A stretch of DNA of 64,000 nt from IMG/VR virus record IMGVR_UViG_3300011008_000093; one strand, 5' to 3'. Source of the DNA: an uncultured virus (IMG/VR IMGVR_UViG_3300011008_000093) (Duplodnaviria; Heunggongvirae; Uroviricota; Caudoviricetes). This document shows positions 58,253 through 64,000 of the stretch, in pieces. The position numbers and the translations under genes were made by a program. The notes under the pieces are model-generated. The model made no database searches. It had not been told where the DNA came from and saw only the letters and a list, made by a program, of their open reading frames with translations. Every line of letters starts with the position of its first letter. Position 1 is the stretch's first letter.

Positions 58253-60190
58253 TTAGCCATTATCGCTGCTGCCGCTGCCACTGCCACTGGAGGCAGTAAC
58301 AGGCTCTTCCAGAGCGATCGCAGAATTCACGCGGGTCAGAGCGCCGCTGATCCGGGTTTCAATCAGATACTTCTCCTTGTTGAAGTCAATATCGAACTGA
58401 TTGAACCGGGTAATCTCGCCGCCCTTGACAGAACCAACGGTATAGTCCGTCAGATTAACGAACAGACCCAGCAGCCTGTGCTGAGAAGCATCGTCTGCGT
58501 CGGTCCGAGTCAGACCTGCGAACTGTTCGGCGGTATACAGATTGCCCACGTTCAAAGCAGCCGCCAGATCGGCTCTGGTGTTATAGATCCGCCGGCCGTT
58601 CATATCCCGAGCCAGAAGCATCACATTGACCAGATGCGGCGTGCAGAAGAAGTCCGGCGTACCGGTGCCCTTATACTGCTCCCGAGCATACATAGCTGCG
58701 GTGATGATCGCCTCGGCATAGATGTAATTCTCACCAAAGTTATTGGCCGTATTTTCACCGTTCAGACTCTCGGCCGCCTCGTCAATATCCACATCATAGT
58801 GGATGGTATAGGTCTCATCATCGTTCCAGATGGAGCGGACATGATCTTCGGAGATCTTATAAGGATCGCTGTCGCCGCGGCCGTCGCCAATCATGATGGC
58901 AATAGCGATCTCCTCATTCAGAATCTCCCGCATGGCCTGATACTGATACTCCACTACGTCAAAGTCAGTGATGTCCAGAATGTCGTCCCGGTTCAGAGCA
59001 TCCAGCACGTAGATAGTCTGGGGATCGGTGGTGCGGTTAATAGCCTTGGTATTGGCGGCCAGCTGCTTCTGTGTGGTCTTCTTATAGCCGCGGCCCCGCA
59101 GCGCATCTACTCTGGTGTCCACCTGACGGGTACGGATCCGACCAAAGGGGCTCTTGTTGACCTTCTGCATGACCACGTTCACCCAGCCCTGGTCGCGGGT
59201 GACCAGCTCGGGAGCACCGCTGCGGACATCCTTATAATCCGGAAACAGACGATCGATATTGTCAATACCATGGGCCAGTTCATTCTGTTCCATATAAATG
59301 TCCAGGGCATCCCGCAGACTGCCCACGCTCTTGCTCTTGGCCAGTTCGATGATCTTGGCCCGATCCTCGGAATGGATCAGAACGTCATTCTTGTTCTCTT
59401 CCGCTTCAAACACATTATGCTTCATAGTTTTTTGTCCTCCTTCAGACTTTTCAGATTTATTGTCGGAATCTTCTTCCTCTTCTTTCCCTTCATCGGCCGC
59501 TTCTTCCAGAGCCGCGCCGATCATGGCATAAACGACCGTCTTCTGCTTTTCCGTCAGTGTGTCGAATACGTCCTGCAGAGTCTCCCCTTCGGAATCCTCT
59601 TCAGAAGTCTGTTCTTCCTTCTCTTTGTCCTCGTCTGCACCTGTTTCTTCCGAGTCGTCCTTCTCCTCTTCTTCCTTTTCCTTTTTGGGTGGAGAAGCAG
59701 GCTTCTCTTCGGCATGATACAGACTGATGGTCTCACCGGTACCCAGGATCATTTCTTCCTCGGTCCCATCGTCTCCATGAGCCATATCGATAAAATCAAT
59801 AAAGGCCCCGGGATTTGCTCCCGCGACCACCAGACTCACTTCTTTGATATCCCCGTGCATTACATCCTTGTTGGGTGTCTGCTTCAGACCATTGGCATAA
59901 ATGGACAAGGATTCCACGTCCCCGTGCTGAACCAGGGCTTTAGCCGCCTTGCCGCTTTCCGTGTCATTGAAAAAGCAATAGGCATAAACACCGTCATCCC
60001 GGTTTTCCAACAGGGCATGACCAAGAATATTGGTCGGTTCATCATGGCGATGATTCCAGACCAGCGGTACAGTCTTTCCGTCACAGTGCTTGAATGCGTC
60101 TTTTCGGATCGTCCGTCCATCCGCGCATACAAGATCGTTTCGGGTTGCCCAACCGCTGAAGTCATAAGCATGCTCCATTTTGAACTTCAT
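58253..60190 (-). CDS. Prohead protease - major capsid protein fusion
   Basis: HK97-type protease (VPLVWNH, SLSIYA, EVSLV..GANPGA), acidic linker, capsid domain (FDIDFN..KYLIETR.SGAL). Confidence 0.9.
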   Translation of the reverse strand: MKFKMEHAYDFSGWATRNDLVCADGRTIRKDAFKHCDGKTVPLVWNHRHDEPTNILGHALLENRDDGVYAYCFFNDTESGKAAKALVQHGDVESLSIYANGLKQTPNKDVMHGDIKEVSLVVAGANPGAFIDFIDMAHGDDGTEEEMILGTGETISLYHAEEKPASPPKKEKEEEEKDDSEETGADEDKEKEEQTSEEDSEGETLQDVFDTLTEKQKTVVYAMIGAALEEAADEGKEEEEDSDNKSEKSEGGQKTMKHNVFEAEENKNDVLIHSEDRAKIIELAKSKSVGSLRDALDIYMEQNELAHGIDNIDRLFPDYKDVRSGAPELVTRDQGWVNVVMQKVNKSPFGRIRTRQVDTRVDALRGRGYKKTTQKQLAANTKAINRTTDPQTIYVLDALNRDDILDITDFDVVEYQYQAMREILNEEIAIAIMIGDGRGDSDPYKISEDHVRSIWNDDETYTIHYDVDIDEAAESLNGENTANNFGENYIYAEAIITAAMYAREQYKGTGTPDFFCTPHLVNVMLLARDMNGRRIYNTRADLAAALNVGNLYTAEQFAGLTRTDADDASQHRLLGLFVNLTDYTVGSVKGGEITRFNQFDIDFNKEKYLIETRISGALTRVNSAIALEEPVTASSGSGSGSSDNG

Positions 60191-60198
60191 CCTCCTTT

Positions 60199-61434
60199 TT
60201 AATTCTTCTCTTCTTCTGCATCTGCTGCAGGTTGTGTTGTGTTGTCCTCTTTCGGTGCGCTCAGGTTGCTGTTCCGAAGTTCATCCGCCTTGGGATCACT
60301 GGAAGGCTTCATTCCGATCTCCTGCCGGATCTCGTTGGAAGTCATGATCTCGTTGCGGGTCATCTTGTCCGCGATCTCCGCCAGACTGCTCACAGGAACC
60401 AGCCTGAAAGGATCCCGGAAAAACATGATTGATTGCTTCTGCGACCGAGCGGTCTTCGTGAGGAATTTTCGTTTCATTTCATCAACGATTGCGGAAAGGA
60501 TCGGCTCCACGGTTCTCGTTTCATAGTTCAGCATCGTTCTCTCATCGGCAGAACCATCCAATATGCCCTGAGTTAATCCCAACTGGCTGTAAAGCATACT
60601 CGTCAGGTATTCGATCTGGCTCATCAGATTATTCTCAACGGGACGATTCAACTGGACTACATGCTCCGTGCCGTCTGTGTACGCGACACCGAACTTTGAA
60701 CTCGCCAACTGTTCCTCTATATCTTTACGGCGTTTTTCCGCCTGTTCCCGCCTTGCGTCTGTCTTGATCACATAAGGAAGCTGAATGATCAGATTCAGTT
60801 TTCCGGAGCCGCTCTGCTCATCCACGGCATCCAGAATGTTCAGCTTCCGGATCAGTCTCTGAAGGGTGGAGTTGGATTCATTCATCACCGCATAAAACGG
60901 ATTCTCAATGATAGCCACTATGGATTTTGGAAGGATCAGCTCCTCTTTCTTTCCTGTCTTCTGGTTGTAAAGACGGACCTTCACATGTTCCGGATACCAC
61001 TCCATGATTTTCCCGGTTCGCATAGTCTCGATCTTGTAGGAGCCGGTATTCGGGTCAATATCTGTATCTACCGGCACAATGGCAACGCACCCTTCATCCA
61101 GCATGGAAAGTACCACGTCCTGGATAAATGCCCGTCCTGTCTGATCCAAATTCGCTTCCAGCTCAAAACAATTATTCAGAGAGCTCTTTTCTATTACATC
61201 AATAAAGCGCCCATCATCGTCGAGACGTACATGCTCGATCGATACGGACGCTACATCAAGTGCGATCCTATTGAAAACAGCCGTTACGATGGAACGCTCA
61301 TTTCCCCGGCTCAGTAATGTACGGTCCGGTCGATAAGAATAACTGGAACCAATACTGTAAGACGGGATAAACTGTTCATTTCCCGTAAAGACATTCCACG
61401 CATGCTTCAACCGGGAACCAAATGATAAATCCAT
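60199..61434 (-). CDS. Portal protein
   Basis: NRIALDVA, MLDEG.VA, MTSNEIR..IG; position. Confidence 0.88.
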   Translation of the reverse strand: MDLSFGSRLKHAWNVFTGNEQFIPSYSIGSSYSYRPDRTLLSRGNERSIVTAVFNRIALDVASVSIEHVRLDDDGRFIDVIEKSSLNNCFELEANLDQTGRAFIQDVVLSMLDEGCVAIVPVDTDIDPNTGSYKIETMRTGKIMEWYPEHVKVRLYNQKTGKKEELILPKSIVAIIENPFYAVMNESNSTLQRLIRKLNILDAVDEQSGSGKLNLIIQLPYVIKTDARREQAEKRRKDIEEQLASSKFGVAYTDGTEHVVQLNRPVENNLMSQIEYLTSMLYSQLGLTQGILDGSADERTMLNYETRTVEPILSAIVDEMKRKFLTKTARSQKQSIMFFRDPFRLVPVSSLAEIADKMTRNEIMTSNEIRQEIGMKPSSDPKADELRNSNLSAPKEDNTTQPAADAEEEKN

Positions 61435-61472
61435 ATAAAATCCATCACCTCCTTAAATCATAGTCGAACGAT

Positions 61473-62033
61473 TTATACGTTTACCTTGTTTAACTGGGTT
61501 TGCCGATATGCCACTCTTCCCGAAGTCCAGACACCCCGACGAAGCTGATTCATGTTATAGTTCTCATCCGCAAGCGCCATCATAACGCCAACTTCCCCAC
61601 GCTTTGCCACGAATCGGACCACACGACCAGAGGGAGCGCGTATATCGGTCACTTTGCTTGACATCACTTCGGCCATTTTCTGGTTGTAAGCCATAATTGC
61701 GGCGGAACTCAACTTTCCATTGGATTTAAAAGCCCCGGGAGTATTTACAATCGCGTTGGCAGCACCCTTCATTTCTTTGGAAGAAGCTTTTTCTGCGCGG
61801 CGAGTAATTTTGTCGTTGTTCTTTCTGGCCCAGTTTTCATCCTTACGTTCCAGCCGTCTTCGACCGGCTTCCGTCAGTGTTCCATCCGCATTCTGGTATC
61901 GCCTGACGCCCCATTTCATTCCGAGTACACCATAATGAATAAGCTCATCAGTCGACTTATACGAGTCTTGCCGATTCAAGCTGCTCCCTCCCTTCAAATA
62001 TAATAAATCGCCTTGAGACTTCCCGGCAACCAT
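61473..62033 (-). CDS. Phage protein with HYG..GMKWGVRR domain (true start probably downstream)
   Basis: ELIHYGVLGMKWGVRRYQNADGTLT. Confidence 0.7.
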   Translation of the reverse strand: MVAGKSQGDLLYLKGGSSLNRQDSYKSTDELIHYGVLGMKWGVRRYQNADGTLTEAGRRRLERKDENWARKNNDKITRRAEKASSKEMKGAANAIVNTPGAFKSNGKLSSAAIMAYNQKMAEVMSSKVTDIRAPSGRVVRFVAKRGEVGVMMALADENYNMNQLRRGVWTSGRVAYRQTQLNKVNV

Positions 62034-63046
62034 TCAAAGATCATAAATCGTTTATGATCTCCCACATATCCTTCGTCTTCAGACCATTGATCAGTCACAC
62101 CATTTCTGCTCAGTCTTCGGATCATGACTCCATACAGATCCCCTTCCGCCTCGTGATGAAGGTGTCCGGCATGAATCTCCCGGACAGTCGACTTGGAGAA
62201 AAACTCCGGAAATTCGATTGTGAACTGACCTCTCAGATCGTTCATCTTATTTTTTGTGTAATAACCATGGGTCAGGCCAATAAAGCACCTGTTCCAATAG
62301 ATGCATTTTCGCTGCTTCATCCGGTCATCCACCTGAACCTGAGGGTAATGATCCTTCAACATCTGCACGAAAGCCCATGCCAGACTTTCGTCATGATTAC
62401 CTACGCTGTAAATCAGATTTACATCCTCGCACTGCCGAAGACAGGCTTCGATCACACTGTACCAGATTTCTTTTGCTATCTGCCAGGCAGCGGTAATATC
62501 AACTTTCTCAATCTCTCTGCCCGAAGCGGTCCTACCCCGAAAATCATCATTGTGGAACATATCCTGTCCGACGACCAGATTGATCTGCTGCCACTTCTGC
62601 CGCTCAATGATTCCCAACAGTTGTTGAATACTTTCCGTATGATCTGACAAAGGAAGATGCATATCAAATAGAGGAATCTCCAGCATACCGATCCCATCCC
62701 CGCTCTTTGCCTCAATTCTGATCGGCTCCGCATTCTTATGGATTGCATTCAGCAAGTCGTCCCACTGGCAATCATCCAAAGCCTGCTTGATCCACGCCTG
62801 AACAATCTCGCCCTGGCTGTTAACCTGAACCGTAGCATTGTGAGCGGTGAACCCTTCATATGTGCCCCGTTCCAGCGTGGTGGGATCCGGGAACATTTTA
62901 TGCCGCCATTTTCCCAACATCCGCCGAAATGTCTCATAACTGGTATTGGGATATACCTCGTGGTACACATTTCGATAAATTTCTTTCGGCTTCTGACCTG
63001 CGTTGTAAGCATCCACACATTGTTTCTTGATTCCGATATCGATCAC
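61994..63046 (-). CDS. Calcineurin-like metallophosphoesterase
   Basis: DMH, GQDMFH, GNHD, THG, GHLHH. Confidence 0.8.
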   Translation of the reverse strand: MIDIGIKKQCVDAYNAGQKPKEIYRNVYHEVYPNTSYETFRRMLGKWRHKMFPDPTTLERGTYEGFTAHNATVQVNSQGEIVQAWIKQALDDCQWDDLLNAIHKNAEPIRIEAKSGDGIGMLEIPLFDMHLPLSDHTESIQQLLGIIERQKWQQINLVVGQDMFHNDDFRGRTASGREIEKVDITAAWQIAKEIWYSVIEACLRQCEDVNLIYSVGNHDESLAWAFVQMLKDHYPQVQVDDRMKQRKCIYWNRCFIGLTHGYYTKNKMNDLRGQFTIEFPEFFSKSTVREIHAGHLHHEAEGDLYGVMIRRLSRNGVTDQWSEDEGYVGDHKRFMIFEWLPGSLKAIYYI

Positions 63047-63069
63047 TATAGGTCATCGCCTCCTTCTCA

Positions 63070-64000
63070 TTAGTCAAATGCTTCATAATTGTGTTTATAT
63101 GCGATATAGGCGTCCATCATAGCTGCTACCGCGTCAATCTTTTGATCTGATCGTTTTTTGAACAGTTTTCGGTTTCCGTTGGTGTCTTCTATGGTAATGC
63201 AGTTGCCCATGGAAAACGTCATCAACTCCTCATCGAAGATCAGCATCCGCTCTTCCGAAAGCTTCTTTAATTCTCCCAAAGGAACCGATTCCGTTTTTGC
63301 GCCCTGAATCACTTTTTCAATCCCAAACGGGCCGTTTTCCGATTGCCATCGTTCCACAAACTCTTTTGCGTTATAAGGGTCATACCCCAAGGTCCGTACA
63401 TCATATCCGGAATGAATAATATGGTCATCCAGATCGTCGTACACCTGCATCATATCCAGAACCGTCCCCTCCATAACAATTAAACTCCCTTCCGCCATAA
63501 AGTCTTCGTACTTGACTCGCATAGCAGCAGGGAGTTTATGAAGGGTAAGAGACGTAATATAGTTTCTGGTTTTCACACCGAATGAACCGTCCCCCAAAGG
63601 AAATAAAAATGTAAAAGCACAAAAGTCATCGCCTTGTGAAAGGTCCGCCCCCAGGGAACAAGGAAGCTGCCAGAACTTTCGCTTCCTGTGAGGAAGCGTC
63701 TCTTCATATGTGAAGTAATATGTGTAGCCTTCCATAGGAAGTCCGAATCTCTTGGCCAGCATATCGTTTCTGGTTGCCGGTGCCGTTTCCGCTCGGTCCA
63801 CATCCTTCTGATAGGCATCATAACTCACAGTCTTTCCCACATTCGGATTCGCCTTGACCCACATATCCGGATAGGCCACCTCGTCCACAGAATCCAGCTT
63901 GTACCACCAGATGGAGATCTGAGGCTGAGGCGGGCCGACTCCTTGAAGGATATTCATCAACTCCATTTTGATTGTATCGCCCGCGCCGTTTCTTACTGTG
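63070..64000 (-). CDS. terL: Terminase large subunit (5' part outside the window)
   Basis: W.KANPN.G, GADLS..DD, YDPYNA, KIDAVAA. Confidence 0.9.
   Translation of the reverse strand, partial: TVRNGAGDTIKMELMNILQGVGPPQPQISIWWYKLDSVDEVAYPDMWVKANPNVGKTVSYDAYQKDVDRAETAPATRNDMLAKRFGLPMEGYTYYFTYEETLPHRKRKFWQLPCSLGADLSQGDDFCAFTFLFPLGDGSFGVKTRNYITSLTLHKLPAAMRVKYEDFMAEGSLIVMEGTVLDMMQVYDDLDDHIIHSGYDVRTLGYDPYNAKEFVERWQSENGPFGIEKVIQGAKTESVPLGELKKLSEERMLIFDEELMTFSMGNCITIEDTNGNRKLFKKRSDQKIDAVAAMMDAYIAYKHNYEAFD

Noticed and set aside
58478..60202. Long plus-strand ORFs (also 13697-15085, 42188-43408, 45688-46782, 54321-55262)
   Set aside because: Antisense to well-supported genes; no recognisable motifs
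1..64000. Stop-codon reassignment
   Set aside because: Core genes are intact under the standard code, and TAA, TAG and TGA all terminate genes

Overview
The window is most of a temperate siphovirus genome, probably infecting a gut or rumen Clostridia-type (Bacillota) host. Essentially all credible genes lie on the minus strand. From the right end the order is: terminase (cut by the window edge), metallophosphoesterase, portal, protease-capsid fusion, neck and tail genes, lysozyme/amidase, tape measure (split only by a scaffold gap), Dit, SGNH-bearing fibre, Tal, holin-like genes, fibre/decoration genes, a tyrosine integrase, and an attP core (3' half of tRNA-Thr(GGT)). Next comes a ~5 kb array of small genes separated by repeated terminator + motif units. 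After it are a Zn-finger paralogue cluster, an XRE-sigma70r4-alphaCTD fusion, three DUF6353-like paralogues, a helicase-primase-exonuclease-PolB polyprotein, an SSB-like gene, tRNA-Leu(TAA), a methylase-like gene, an SF2 helicase, a DNA ligase and accessory genes. Three signals stand out. (1) One nearly identical 87-bp/29-aa HEAT (alphaRep-like) repeat occurs as 4, 10 and 9 copies inside three unrelated genes, plus a remnant in a fourth, with variation concentrated at a few fixed residues. (2) A fixed-spacing non-sigma70 motif CGC-N8-CAR-N4-TNTTA occurs 14 times, usually just after a shared GAAA-loop terminator, and defines gene cassettes. (3) A protein fusing an XRE HTH with mimics of sigma70 region 4 and the RNAP alpha-CTD is a candidate reader of that motif. 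Family names come from motif recognition by eye; no database search was run.
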